Source: a virus (lineage: Duplodnaviria; Caudoviricetes). From it: a stretch of DNA of 64,000 bases. This document shows positions 1 to 9,638 of the stretch, piece by piece. Position numbers and translations under genes: made by a program. Every line of letters starts with the position of its first letter. The first letter of the stretch is position 1. The stretch spans positions 8,283-72,282 of the IMG/VR virus record IMGVR_UViG_2522572099_000001; one strand, 5' to 3'. The notes below the pieces were generated by a model. That model saw only the letters and a list, made by a program, of their open reading frames with translations. It searched no databases and was not told where the DNA came from.

Positions 1-8
1 ACTGCCCA

Positions 9-590
9 TCAGATTATCCTTTCGCCGCGCTGGTGAAGCATCATCGCGAGATTTCCGGCATCGAGCGGGTCGCCCTTATCGACATGCGCGCGCAGAAGGT
101 CGGACAGGATTAGGGCGCTGCAATCAGGTCCATCCCATCCGCCGCGCCCTTCCTCTCGTTTCTTGGCGAGCTTGGCCTTCATGGCGGCAGCGAACCGATC
201 AACAGCGGCGTCGTCTGAATGATGCGCTACCGGCGCAACAGGAGCGGGGGAAGCGAGGGCGGCAAACACCTCGTCGGCTATGCGCCATGCCTCATTGAAA
301 CCGTGGATGCTGTCGTCGTGTTCCGGCTTCATCCCGCAGAGTGTCTCGTTAAGACGGTAATCTATGCGGCGCTTCAATCGCGCTACCGGCTCCTCGCTCG
401 GTGCCGCTGCTTCCTGACTGGCTAAGAGAGCGGCGAGGCGGTCTGCAATTCGGCGACATGCTTCCGCGTTGTATGTGTTTGCCCAGAACGCGCGGTCCTC
501 GCCCATCGCGTCGGCATGTTCGAAAAACCCCGCAGCTTCGCGCAAAAATGCAATATCTTTGAGCACATGGCTTTCTGGATGGGGGGTCAT
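9..590 (-). CDS. Phage protein with conserved C-terminal domain (DDAAVDRFAAAMKAKL...RGGW...KGDPLD), possibly MazG-like pyrophosphohydrolase fold
   Basis: ORF track; recurrent phage motif; ATGA coupling with upstream ORF. Confidence 0.6.
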   Translation of the reverse strand: MTPHPESHVLKDIAFLREAAGFFEHADAMGEDRAFWANTYNAEACRRIADRLAALLASQEAAAPSEEPVARLKRRIDYRLNETLCGMKPEHDDSIHGFNEAWRIADEVFAALASPAPVAPVAHHSDDAAVDRFAAAMKAKLAKKREEGRGGWDGPDCSALILSDLLRAHVDKGDPLDAGNLAMMLHQRGERII

Positions 591-799
591 GGCCGTGCCT
601 CCGGACCTGTCCTGAGCCGCAGGTAGCCGAATCCTGGCCCCGATAGGATCTTGTGCCCGCGCGCTCGGAGCTGCCGCACATAGCGATACACGGTCCTGGT
701 GCAGATGCCGACGCGCTCGGCCAGCATTTCGGCGGTGACGATCTCCTCGCCAATGGCGTTGAGAAGCTGGTCGCGCTTGAAGTCTTGAAGGCCACTCAT
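587..799 (-). CDS. Small winged HTH protein (HTH_11-like)
   Basis: VTAEMLAERVGICTRTVYRYVRQLR...GPGFGY. Confidence 0.8.
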   Translation of the reverse strand: MSGLQDFKRDQLLNAIGEEIVTAEMLAERVGICTRTVYRYVRQLRARGHKILSGPGFGYLRLRTGPEARP

Positions 800-1320
800 A
801 GCAGCGATCCTTGTTCGTCGGTGATTGGATGTGGAACTTTCGCCGCTTTGGCCGTGGCGGACTTAGGCGCCTGCGGGAGCATCCATTTAGCGGGGAGGAT
901 GGGCTTGCCGTTCTTCGCGAAGGGCAGAAGGCGCTTCCAATCGAAAAACCCGAGCTGGCCGCCGACCTGGATGAACTCGACCGGCCGCGCGTTGGCGATG
1001 ATCAGCCCCTTCGGGCCGAAGAACCAGGGACTGTCGAACTCGGTCACGATGTCGACGATTGTGCCCACACCAACGATGCCGCCGCGGTGTAGTTCGGCCG
1101 GCGGCGGGCACGCGAACCCGAGGGACCGGCACAGATCAGCGCAATCCTCATACTCGTCGCGCGTCATGCCGCTCGATGCGTGGATGGCAAAGTTACCTCG
1201 GAATCTGAGGCCAGGATTGCCAGCTCGCCACGACCGATTTTCCACCGGCTTCCACTGGTGCGCCAGCGCAAAAGCCCATGGCTGCCTGACACTCAAGGCC
1301 ATGTTCGGCAAATCGCTCAT
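796..1320 (-). CDS. ASCH-domain protein
   Basis: ALSVRQPWA...KPVENRSW...AIHAS...GQLGFF. Confidence 0.85.
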   Translation of the reverse strand: MSDLPNMALSVRQPWAFALAHQWKPVENRSWRAGNPGLRFRGNFAIHASSGMTRDEYEDCADLCRSLGFACPPPAELHRGGIVGVGTIVDIVTEFDSPWFFGPKGLIIANARPVEFIQVGGQLGFFDWKRLLPFAKNGKPILPAKWMLPQAPKSATAKAAKVPHPITDEQGSLL

Positions 1321-1721
1321 GGCTCACTCCTGGCAATCAGTTTCGGTTTCAGCTTTCCCTTTCGGGCCTTGGTCTCAACCAATAAGGGAACGCCCGGCCG
1401 CTTGGCGAAGATCGTCGCAAGCACGGTGCGCACCTGGTCGGCGCCAGGCGCGCCCGTTGCCAGGATCATCAGGGCCGCGTCTCTGAGGGCTTGATCGATG
1501 TTGGCTGCCGTTGCTGGCACCGATGGCGCGGCGCGCACCTTGGCCCGACTGCGCTGGCGAGCGACGCGGAAATACTCCCGCTTCTGGTTCTCGTCGAGGC
1601 TGGTGAAGCTGCCGGCCTTCGGCGCCCCGCGCGCAGCCAGCATGTCGTGCAGCTTCATCAACGCCACGTCGCGCGGATCGATTTCTGTTTTGGACGTGTC
1701 CAAAGCTGCACTTTTCATCAC
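1317..1721 (-). CDS. Hypothetical protein
   Basis: ORF coupled to neighbours by ATGA overlaps. Confidence 0.65.
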   Translation of the reverse strand: MMKSAALDTSKTEIDPRDVALMKLHDMLAARGAPKAGSFTSLDENQKREYFRVARQRSRAKVRAAPSVPATAANIDQALRDAALMILATGAPGADQVRTVLATIFAKRPGVPLLVETKARKGKLKPKLIARSEP

Positions 1722-2113
1722 GCCGAGACCATCTTGTCGGTCAGCGCGCCGCCAGTGGCGAGGTGTGCGTCGACAATCTCTTTCGCCTGCGCTGGCGTCA
1801 GGTATTCGCCGTCCTCACCGCAGAAGCTGGTGGGGTTGGCAAGCATGTCCTGGTAGGACGGTGAACAGCGCTCGCAGAAATAGAGGCTGTTGTTGCTGTC
1901 GTAACCGTAGCGCTCACCCTTCCAGATGTGCTCAAGGCATCCTTCGCAGACGCCGATGTGATCCGGACTGGCGTCCTCGATATCATCGAGTTTGGCCTGG
2001 GCTGCCTCCCAGAATTCACGGATCGGCTCGACAGCGGCCTTCATAACCGCGTCGCGCACTCGCTCGATTGCCTTCAGTTCGGCCTTTGCCGCTTCCCACG
2101 CTTCCTTGCTCAT
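1718..2113 (-). CDS. Hypothetical Zn-finger protein
   Basis: CEGC...CERC; coupled ORF. Confidence 0.65.
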   Translation of the reverse strand: MSKEAWEAAKAELKAIERVRDAVMKAAVEPIREFWEAAQAKLDDIEDASPDHIGVCEGCLEHIWKGERYGYDSNNSLYFCERCSPSYQDMLANPTSFCGEDGEYLTPAQAKEIVDAHLATGGALTDKMVSA

Positions 2114-2634
2114 GACGTCCCCGCGATGTTGGTGTGCTTCATGACGATGTCGGCGCCAGCGTCGGCGCGTGCGGTTGGCAAGAGGATGGCGATAAGCCGA
2201 TCGGCATGCTCAGGCATTAGCCCGCCAGTGTCGAAACTCGTCTGGACGAAATAGCGCTGCTGGTAGTCGAGGAAGTCGTTGTCGTCGTCGACGATGGCGC
2301 AACGCTCCGTCTCCGTATGGCGGCTCAGCCACTCGTCTACCTCCTCACCGCGCTTGCTCGGGATTATCACACCGCCTGGTGTCTTGGTGAAAGGCAGTTC
2401 GATGGTGCGCCAGTCGCCATGGAAATGCTCGCGGGTGAGCCGCTCGGGAAGCTTGTCGACCAAGCCTGGCAACGTCCGCCAGGTAGACGATAGCACCACG
2501 CTGCAGCCTGTCACCTCGATCACGCGAAAGAGCTGCTCCAGCGCCGCCGGGCAAAGCAGCGCTGGATTTCCGGCGCCGTACACGCCTCGATGGTTTAGGA
2601 CGCCGTCGACGTCGAGGAACAGGATCTTCATCAC
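2110..2634 (-). CDS. HAD-superfamily phosphatase (Swiss-army-knife RNA-repair type HAD)
   Basis: ILFLDVDGVLN, VVLSSTWR and AIVDDD motifs. Confidence 0.85.
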   Translation of the reverse strand: MMKILFLDVDGVLNHRGVYGAGNPALLCPAALEQLFRVIEVTGCSVVLSSTWRTLPGLVDKLPERLTREHFHGDWRTIELPFTKTPGGVIIPSKRGEEVDEWLSRHTETERCAIVDDDNDFLDYQQRYFVQTSFDTGGLMPEHADRLIAILLPTARADAGADIVMKHTNIAGTS

Positions 2635-2870
2635 TCGCCGCCTTCGCCAGTTTTGCGCGGCCGCGCCTTGGTGATTAGCACCACCTCGCCGTCGGGGTAG
2701 ACCAGTTCGACCTGGCCGCCGCGGGCAATGCCGTCGAAGATCGACTGGAGTTGCGAATGCATCCGATCAATCATCTGCTCCAAGACGGTCATCTTGGCGT
2801 CGACCTGCGCCTTGGCGACGCGCTCCTGTAGGTCAGAAACGCGTTCTGGGTGCGATACTTGGTCAGCCAT
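2631..2870 (-). CDS. Hypothetical protein
   Basis: Coupled ORF in early operon. Confidence 0.6.
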   Translation of the reverse strand: MADQVSHPERVSDLQERVAKAQVDAKMTVLEQMIDRMHSQLQSIFDGIARGGQVELVYPDGEVVLITKARPRKTGEGGE

Positions 2871-3066
2871 TGGCGATGGTCTCCGTTTGATGGTGGTCGG
2901 GGTTTAGAGAGGAGCATCCGGCCTTAAAGCCGAACACCGGATGGTCGATCAGGTCGATGCGCACAGCGGTCCCGCAGTCGCGGCATTCCTCCATGTGCTC
3001 CATGCAGACGCGGATCGACTTGGTTGGCGCACCCAGGCAAGCGGCGTTGGTCGCGCTTTTCCTCAT
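2863..3066 (-). CDS. Small Cys-rich hypothetical protein
   Basis: CRDC motif; overlaps neighbours. Confidence 0.5.
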   Translation of the reverse strand: MRKSATNAACLGAPTKSIRVCMEHMEECRDCGTAVRIDLIDHPVFGFKAGCSSLNPDHHQTETIANG

Positions 3067-3335
3067 GCCGGCACCGCCGGAAACGCCTCAGAATTGAGGC
3101 TTTCGCCAGGATCCAGCGCCAGATCGGCGCCGCACTTCGTAAGGCGGAAGAAATCATCGCCGCCGGTGAGTATTGAGCCGGCCCGCCGCGTCGCCCAGCC
3201 GGCCTCTACCATGGCCAGCCATTGCGGATGGTCGACGCTGCCTTCGCCTGTCACGAAGTAGTTGCGGTAGGATTGTTTGCGCCGGCCGTCGAGGCCGAGG
3301 GCGTGGCGGGCGTGATCGCGCTGGACGGGCGTCAT
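3063..3335 (-). CDS. Conserved phage hypothetical protein
   Basis: ARHALGL...SYRNYFV motif common in phages. Confidence 0.7.
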   Translation of the reverse strand: MTPVQRDHARHALGLDGRRKQSYRNYFVTGEGSVDHPQWLAMVEAGWATRRAGSILTGGDDFFRLTKCGADLALDPGESLNSEAFPAVPA

Positions 3336-3336
3336 G

Positions 3337-3657
3337 TCAGGTTCCTTGCTCGAGCAATTGCGCCGCCGGCAGGCCAGGCTGCATCGCGCAGTCCATGCAG
3401 ATCAGGACGCGCGCCGGCTGGCCGATCCTCTGCGCCACGACGTTGGAAGGCGAGAGCGCACGGGCGATGCCGACGTTTCCGCTCATCATCATCTCCATGC
3501 CGTGCATGCGCCCGATGTTGCGAAGGTCGGCGATGCACTGGCGCACCGTCACCTCATAGAAGACCGGGTTTCTGTTGTGCAGCATGCCCCTCTTACAGTT
3601 CTCACACTGCCGAATGTCACTCACGTCCATCGGCGTGGTGAGCGCGTTGTCGCCCAT
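3337..3657 (-). CDS. Zn-finger hypothetical protein
   Basis: CENC...CMDC; GGAG RBS upstream. Confidence 0.65.
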   Translation of the reverse strand: MGDNALTTPMDVSDIRQCENCKRGMLHNRNPVFYEVTVRQCIADLRNIGRMHGMEMMMSGNVGIARALSPSNVVAQRIGQPARVLICMDCAMQPGLPAAQLLEQGT

Positions 3658-3658
3658 G

Positions 3659-3997
3659 TCAGGAACTCCCCATCAAATAGCCGGCGGCGAGGCCGGCAAG
3701 CCAAGCCATCATCGGGTTGCCTATGAAATCCAAGAAGCGCTGGCGCCTGGTAGCTGGTGACTTCGGCGGCTCTGTCGGCTTAGGAGCCTCCAGCTTCGAC
3801 CAGTGCTCGATTGGCAGCACATGGGCGCCGGAGCAGATGTCGGAGATGCGCTGGACGCGGACAGCCGCCCCAAGCGGGCCTTCCAGGTTGGCGATGCGCC
3901 GCGTTGCCGCATCGATGAGGTCGCTGCAGAACTGCACGCTCGCAGTTTCGATCTGTGGGTCGACCGTATTTCGGCTCGTGAAAAAGCTATCGGACAT
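3659..3997 (-). CDS. Hypothetical protein with C-terminal hydrophobic segment
   Basis: Start MSDSFF after AGGAGG RBS. Confidence 0.6.
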   Translation of the reverse strand: MSDSFFTSRNTVDPQIETASVQFCSDLIDAATRRIANLEGPLGAAVRVQRISDICSGAHVLPIEHWSKLEAPKPTEPPKSPATRRQRFLDFIGNPMMAWLAGLAAGYLMGSS

Positions 3998-4277
3998 GGT
4001 CCCCCTCCTTCGGCTTTGGCCGAGTTGCCACAAACGCTGCGCGGATGCGCCGGCAGTGGTCGTCGTCTGCGATGTATTCAAACTCCGCGCTGGTCGGCTT
4101 GCGGGTGCCGGCAGTCCATTTGTCGTCGAAGACCGCCCACTCGCCGCAACCGATGCAAAGGCTCAAGTCGCCATTCTTCGGCACCGGACTGCCGGTAACG
4201 CCGGTCGCGCGATCGTGGTTCTTACCGCACCAGGGGCAGCACGTTGTTTTCCGAACCGGCCTCATCACGTCGCTCAT
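3987..4277 (-). CDS. Zn-finger hypothetical protein
   Basis: CPWC...CIGC; start MSDVMR coupled to upstream stop. Confidence 0.6.
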   Translation of the reverse strand: MSDVMRPVRKTTCCPWCGKNHDRATGVTGSPVPKNGDLSLCIGCGEWAVFDDKWTAGTRKPTSAEFEYIADDDHCRRIRAAFVATRPKPKEGDHVR

Positions 4278-4531
4278 GCTGCGCGCTCCTGGCCTGGTAT
4301 CTCGCCGGCAAACGGCGCGAAGCCGCGAAACTGGATGCCGGTATGCAGCAGCTCCGCCCACTGATCCTCGGTGTCGCGGAAGACGATGCGACGCTCGCCA
4401 TAGACGCCCAGGCATTCCCGCACGACACGCTCGGCATCCATGGCGATGGAGGCATCGCCCGGCCGGACCTTGTCGGCGATAAACACGTACCCCGAAAGGA
4501 CGGCTATTTCGGCATAGCTGGCGCGCTTCAT
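4274..4531 (-). CDS. Hypothetical protein
   Basis: Coupled ORF. Confidence 0.6.
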   Translation of the reverse strand: MKRASYAEIAVLSGYVFIADKVRPGDASIAMDAERVVRECLGVYGERRIVFRDTEDQWAELLHTGIQFRGFAPFAGEIPGQERAA

Positions 4532-4968
4532 CGGAATCCCCTGTTGAGTTTCGGGAAGGGCCTCGACTGCAACTTGCGCCCTGGTATCTTGCGCTTGACC
4601 TTGCCTTGGCCGGTTCTGCCCTCCAACCGCTTCAATTTCGCGATCTCGGGCGCGTCACGCTTGGCGGTCTGCTCGCGGTGCGTCGGCTTGTTGAGCGCGA
4701 CAAGATGCTCCAGCGAACAGCTGGGCGGGACGGTATCCATGGTCTCGGCATTCCACCGGCGCCGCTGCAGAGCAGGGTCATGATGGAAGTCGATTCCGTC
4801 GAGAGGATTGAGGCGATCGCCACCGGGTTCCTTACCGAGCTGGCGCACCACGATCTCCAGCTTTTCCTTGATCGTCAGCGGCCGCGGCCGCCATTTCACC
4901 GGCGGGCCGAGCACTTGTGCGCCATGGTCTGGCAGGGTTGCGATGCGACCGGCCATGTCAGCCTGCAT
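4528..4968 (-). CDS. HNH-like nuclease
   Basis: DFHHDPAL...LVALNKPTHREQT; next to recombinase. Confidence 0.6.
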   Translation of the reverse strand: MQADMAGRIATLPDHGAQVLGPPVKWRPRPLTIKEKLEIVVRQLGKEPGGDRLNPLDGIDFHHDPALQRRRWNAETMDTVPPSCSLEHLVALNKPTHREQTAKRDAPEIAKLKRLEGRTGQGKVKRKIPGRKLQSRPFPKLNRGFR

Positions 4969-5986
4969 TTAGCGGGCTGAGCGCAGCCAGGCGGCGGCTC
5001 TTAATTTGATCCGCCAACTGGCGGCTGTCCGCGTCATCCTGGAACGTTGCCTCGATGTCGAACTCGTTCCAGATTTCCTCGATCTGCGCTTCGTTCTTCG
5101 CGCCCTGGAGCGCGATCTGGAAGCTTTCGAAGAACTTGCCGAAGTCGAACGGTTCGCCTTCCTCGCCTTGCTCCTCCTCCTCGACCACATCGCCGTCGCG
5201 GAACCCGTTGTCGGTTGTCGTCTCGACCTCGGCGGCCGCATCCGGGCTTGGCGGTGAGGGTGGCGACGGCGGCGTCAGCCTGGCGGCCGGCGCCTCCTCG
5301 CTGTGCTCGATGACCTCGCCGCCGGCGATCTCCCTCGCCTCGAACTCGTCGCGGATGCCGCCGAGCACATCGGCGAACAGTTCACGCAGGCAATAGCCGG
5401 CGGCGCGCCAGGCCTGCATGCGCGTCGGGTAGCGGTGCCAGGTGGAGTCGTTGGGCACTTCGCCCCACTCCTTCTTGCCGCTCTTCCAGATCATGCCGCG
5501 ACGCGTCTGGCGATCGTCCCACAGGCCAGCCGTCCTGGCTTCGGTCTCGTTGAACTCGACCCGCTTCTCCTCGCCTGTGTCGGCGCGCTTTGCCTCACAC
5601 CAGCCGGCTTTCTTGGCCGCATCGTAGCCGGTACGGACATAGGCGCACTTGCCCGAGCGGCGCACGACGTTGATCAGTCCATCGCCATAGAGGGCCGGCT
5701 TGCCGCCAATCACCGTGAACGAGCGCAGCGCCACCATCGGCGGCAGGCCAAGCTCGGCCCCTGACATGACAACGATGGCAACGGCGCTGGTGGCCTTCTT
5801 GCCCCAGCGCTTCCAGGCTTCGCCGTCGGCGTCCTCGGCAGGCGGACGGCCGACCAGCGCTTGCGGCGCCAGCTCGGCCTCGACGATGATCGTCGAGAGG
5901 CGCCAAACCTGCTCGACGCTGCTCGGGATGATAGCCGAGACCTGGCTGCCGGCATGCAAGGCCGCAATCTTCGCAATTTCGTTCAT
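4958..5986 (-). CDS. Single-strand annealing recombinase (RecT/Red-beta-like)
   Basis: GAELGLPPMVALRSFTVIGGKP...W.RYP.RM..WRA...LRELFADVLGG; acidic/Pro-rich tail. Confidence 0.75.
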   Translation of the reverse strand: MNEIAKIAALHAGSQVSAIIPSSVEQVWRLSTIIVEAELAPQALVGRPPAEDADGEAWKRWGKKATSAVAIVVMSGAELGLPPMVALRSFTVIGGKPALYGDGLINVVRRSGKCAYVRTGYDAAKKAGWCEAKRADTGEEKRVEFNETEARTAGLWDDRQTRRGMIWKSGKKEWGEVPNDSTWHRYPTRMQAWRAAGYCLRELFADVLGGIRDEFEAREIAGGEVIEHSEEAPAARLTPPSPPSPPSPDAAAEVETTTDNGFRDGDVVEEEEQGEEGEPFDFGKFFESFQIALQGAKNEAQIEEIWNEFDIEATFQDDADSRQLADQIKSRRLAALSPLNAG

Positions 5987-6327
5987 GGCGCGATCTCCGA
6001 TGCGGCTACGCAATTGTCCGCGTGACCCTCACTCACCCGTCGCGCGCAACACACGTACATGTCATCTCGCACGATGGCTTGGCTCTCCGGTGCTACTTCC
6101 GGTTCGGCGATGCGCAGGATCGCCACGCTAGCCAGTTCGGATTCGGTCTTGATCTCGACGACCTCGACCGGAACTTCGCGGCCGCGCATCGGGATGATGA
6201 CCTTCTGGCCGACGGTCACGTTGAAGCCGTTAGCCAGATAGTCATAGGTCCTGTCGCTGTTGCCGAACTTCACGGCAACGATGGTGCGGGTTTCAGGCAG
6301 CACGACGTTCCTCCACTTTCTCGACAC
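5983..6327 (-). CDS. Small beta-barrel protein (VAVKF...TYDY...VGQKVIIP)
   Basis: Conserved phage motif; start uncertain. Confidence 0.6.
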   Translation of the reverse strand: MSRKWRNVVLPETRTIVAVKFGNSDRTYDYLANGFNVTVGQKVIIPMRGREVPVEVVEIKTESELASVAILRIAEPEVAPESQAIVRDDMYVCCARRVSEGHADNCVAASEIAP

Positions 6328-7396
6328 CAGCGATCTCCATGCCGGCCTTGACGGCGCGGTTGGCGAGCTGCTCGACCAGGGCTTTCATTTCGGGGTGATC
6401 TTTCAGCGCCAGCAGCGCCTTGTCGTAGTCGACGACGCGGGCCGAGACGAAGGTGCGCAGCGAGACGCGCGCGCCGGTCCTGCCGGCGTTGGCGTTGCGG
6501 GCATGGGCTTCCCGTTCGGCCTCGGCTGACTGCTGGGCCAGTCTGTCAGCCTCGCGCTGCGCTGCCTGGCGGTCAGCCTCGCGCTGCGTTTCCGCCTCGA
6601 ACGAGGAGGCGACACCGGCCAATGCCGCCTCTTCGGCGGCGCGTTCCGCTTCCGCCACCTTGCGCGCGGCATCCTCTGCCTCACGCCTGATGCGATCGGC
6701 TTCCTCACGCGCCTTGCGCTGGCGCTCCTGTTCAAGCCGATCCTGCTCTTGCAGGAAGGCGTCCATGTGCCGCTTCAACCGCTTGGAAAGCTCCGCCGGA
6801 AGCTCTTTCAGGTCACGCCATTTGTCATCGATGGCGCGGCCTTCATCGAGTGATGGCTGCTTTTCCACCTTGTGCTGGTCGGTGGCCTTTTTCGCGATCG
6901 CCGCGACCCGCTTCGACCAGATAGCGGCGCGATCGGCCTGCTCCTGCGTCGTGATGGGTTTTTTCAGGAAGGTCTCGGCCAATTCCTTCTCGGCCTCGAA
7001 CTCGTGCCGCAGGTCTGTCAGGGGATCGCCGGTCTTGGCCGCGTTATGGTCCTTCGAGACGGAGGCCTCGGAAACCGCAGGCGGCTCATCCGGCCAGGCG
7101 CCGCCGGCCAGCACCGAACGATACAGCGCTTCGGTGATCGGGTTGCGGCAGGCGTAGCTCCAGACGCGCGATGCGTCGGCTTCCTTGCCGCCTTGCAGGC
7201 AGATCAGCTTGCCGTCGGCTCCGGGCCAAATGGCGACAGGGACCAGCGGTCCATCCTTGAACACGCGGTTCCTGAAAAATCCTGACTCCGGCTTGTCCTC
7301 GGAGACGCCGAGCAGCGCAAGCTGGTCGCGCGTCAGTTCGCGACAGTCGCCCGCGATCTTCAAAGCCCGCCGCCACCAGCCATAAAAATCTTCCAT
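6293..7396 (-). CDS. Coiled-coil phage recombination-module protein
   Basis: Start MEDFYGWW after GAGG; long E/R/A coiled coil; first gene of leftward early operon. Confidence 0.75.
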   Translation of the reverse strand: MEDFYGWWRRALKIAGDCRELTRDQLALLGVSEDKPESGFFRNRVFKDGPLVPVAIWPGADGKLICLQGGKEADASRVWSYACRNPITEALYRSVLAGGAWPDEPPAVSEASVSKDHNAAKTGDPLTDLRHEFEAEKELAETFLKKPITTQEQADRAAIWSKRVAAIAKKATDQHKVEKQPSLDEGRAIDDKWRDLKELPAELSKRLKRHMDAFLQEQDRLEQERQRKAREEADRIRREAEDAARKVAEAERAAEEAALAGVASSFEAETQREADRQAAQREADRLAQQSAEAEREAHARNANAGRTGARVSLRTFVSARVVDYDKALLALKDHPEMKALVEQLANRAVKAGMEIAGVEKVEERRAA

Positions 7397-7633
7397 TAGT
7401 TTTACCTCAAATGTTTCACGTGCAACCAATCCGGCACCATCATGGGCTCGGATATACCACTGCCTAAATTGGGAGGAACCGGCCGAGCTGGGGCGGGCGG
7501 AGGGGGCGGGGGTAAGCTCCAGCCCGGCCGGGGACGCGCAGATACTCGACACTGGAGCGCGAACGATGATGGATAAAAACAACCAGGGGGCTCTGGGATC
7601 ATCGGTTCACATTCCTTCTGCACAGGAAGGAGT

Positions 7634-7680
7634 GTAACCAATTTGGTGCGCATTGCAAGAGGTGTTGCCGATTTGGTTAC
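7634..7680 (-). promoter_or_regulatory. PL-like promoter with two operator copies (OL)
   Basis: GTAACCAATTTGGTGCG (7634) and GTTGCCGATTTGGTTAC (7664); minus-strand TTGCAA-N16-TACACT. Confidence 0.65.
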
Positions 7681-7702
7681 TCTGAGCGCAAAAAAAACCG
7701 CC

Positions 7703-8299
7703 TTAGAGTGTGGATATCCTCAATCGGGCACGGCCGACGATGCTGAGGTCGCTCGGCTTGACGGTTTCGTTGGGGATGCTCGGGTTCTCGCCATACACCT
7801 GCACCGTGCCGTGTATCGTCGGCGAGAGATAGCGCCATTGGATGACGCCGGCGATTTCGATGGCATAGAGGCCAGGCACGCTAGGCTTGTTGTCGTCGAT
7901 GTCGATCACAAGCGCGTCGCCCTTGGTGACGATGGCGTTGGACTGCGATGGCTCAACCATCATAAACCGCAAATTATGCCGCCTGGCGCTGGGCAGCATG
8001 CGCGCCATGAACTCGACTTCCAGCGCCATGCCGGGCGAATCCTCTGGCGCCTCCTTGCCGTTCATGATCTCGAAAACGTTGTGGAAACGCTTCGAATCGA
8101 TGCGACTCATCTCTGGGAACATGAGATCCTGCGCCGTGCAATTGAGGTGCGGCGCGATCTTCTGAGCCCATTCGGTCGACAACTTCCGCTTACCTTCTTC
8201 GAGGCGGCCCAGCTGTTGCCGGGTGGTGCCAATGCGGCGCGACAACTCAGCCTTGCTGAGCCCGGCTTTCTCGCGGAAAAGCTTGATTCCGTTATTCAT
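7703..8299 (-). CDS. cI: CI-like repressor (XRE HTH plus degenerate S24 domain)
   Basis: IKLFREKAGLSKAELSRRIGTTRQQLGRLEEG; C-terminal GD.LVID; divergent from cro. Confidence 0.9.
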   Translation of the reverse strand: MNNGIKLFREKAGLSKAELSRRIGTTRQQLGRLEEGKRKLSTEWAQKIAPHLNCTAQDLMFPEMSRIDSKRFHNVFEIMNGKEAPEDSPGMALEVEFMARMLPSARRHNLRFMMVEPSQSNAIVTKGDALVIDIDDNKPSVPGLYAIEIAGVIQWRYLSPTIHGTVQVYGENPSIPNETVKPSDLSIVGRARLRISTL

Positions 8300-8335
8300 G
8301 AGACGGCGGTAGCGCAAAATTCCCCACAGCGAAAC

Positions 8336-8386
8336 TGCGCCAAAGTGGTTACAACCCTTGACGTGTAACCAAAATGGTGCCAATTG
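8336..8386 (+). promoter_or_regulatory. OR/PR: two operators and rightward promoter
   Basis: TGCGCCAAAGTGGTTAC (8336), GTAACCAAAATGGTGCC (8365); TTGACG-N17-CAATTG with ATG 6 nt downstream (probably leaderless cro). Confidence 0.75.
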
Positions 8387-8392
8387 CGGATC

Positions 8393-8632
8393 ATGGAAGA
8401 TATTGACCATAAGTTGAAGAGATGGCGAGTGGCGCGCGGCATGAAGCCGGTCGACGTCGCCAAGCGCATTAAGTGCAAGCGCCAGACGGTGTTTCGCTAC
8501 GAGGCCGGTCGCATGCCAGACCAGCCTTTTCTGGATCGCATCGTCGTCATGAGCGACGGTGAACTGACCGCAAACGACTGGTTGGGCAAGGAGGCTGCGG
8601 ATGTCGTTGCGAGACGTCAGGCTTCGGTCTGA
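8393..8632 (+). CDS. cro: Cro-like HTH protein
   Basis: LKRWRVARGMKPVDVAKRIKCKRQTVFRYEAGRMP...TANDW. Confidence 0.85.
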   Translation: MEDIDHKLKRWRVARGMKPVDVAKRIKCKRQTVFRYEAGRMPDQPFLDRIVVMSDGELTANDWLGKEAADVVARRQASV

Positions 8633-8861
8633 CCCGAGGCACGATCAACAGGCTACCGCGGGCGTTCCTAAGCGCGTCCGCGCATTCGACTATTTGCCAA
8701 GCCGCGAGGCCAAGCGGTTCCCAGCAATCGTCAACACGCGTCATTCGCAACCTCCTTGTCCTGGAGGCGACTATGCCGCGGAAATCGTTGGGGGTGTCCG
8801 ACAGGGCATCAGACAATCCCGACAGGTCGTCGTTCCTTCTCCTGTGTATCGTGAGGAACAG

Positions 8862-9152
8862 ATGTTCAACATCGCAAGTGAACTCGAAAATGTGGTCAAA
8901 GAAGCCGCAGGTGACATAAGGCCCGGAATGGGCATCAAGGCACAGATCAACCAGGCCTGTGATAATCTCGGCTATCCACGCGGCCATTGGCGCGTGCGTG
9001 ACGCATGGTATGGCGAGGCGAATAACTGGCGTGGGGACGCCATATTCGACCTCCTCGGCCGCTACAATATTTGGCGCCAGAAAGCTGGCGCTGGAACGAA
9101 TAGGCACAACGATCCGTTTTCCATCTTGAGCAAAGTCAGCGGACAGCGATGA
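8862..9152 (+). CDS. CII-position regulator-like protein
   Basis: GAGG RBS; HTH-like IKAQINQACDNLG...RVRDAWYGEA; start may be further upstream. Confidence 0.55.
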   Translation: MFNIASELENVVKEAAGDIRPGMGIKAQINQACDNLGYPRGHWRVRDAWYGEANNWRGDAIFDLLGRYNIWRQKAGAGTNRHNDPFSILSKVSGQR

Positions 9153-9254
9153 CTAACATTGGGCCAACCGGCTAATGTGTTTTGCTTCGCGGTGATTTTC
9201 TCGCCATCTTGGGGGGTAGTGCGTCCATCTGGGCGCATGAAAGGGAGGCCAGAA

Positions 9255-9482
9255 ATGAAGCATGACCACGGATCGATACAGGACTGCGCTATTCGCGCGG
9301 TTCTGGCCGATTTCTGCATGAAAGCGCGGGTTGACGGTGCGTCGTCTGCCCGGCAATCGGCAGCGGCATCTCTCGTCGCGGCGGCGGCGTATCTCGAGGA
9401 GGTGCTGGGGGCAGAGAAAACCAAGAAAATTCTGCTGGCGACATGTGCGTCGATCGGCACGGGGACCAAGGGCAAGCATTGA
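9255..9482 (+). CDS. Hypothetical protein
   Basis: GGGAGG RBS before ATG. Confidence 0.5.
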   Translation: MKHDHGSIQDCAIRAVLADFCMKARVDGASSARQSAAASLVAAAAYLEEVLGAEKTKKILLATCASIGTGTKGKH

Positions 9483-9638
9483 ACGGCAATACCATTTGTA
9501 TTTTGTAGGATTGCCGCTCCTCACCAGGGTTTGAGAGAGCGACATGAGATCAACAGTCGGAAACGGCCGAGCGTGTCCGCGACAGTGTCGCGGCTTCGTC
9601 AGCGCTCGCATGTGCTGGCCGCGCTCCGAGGGCGAGGC

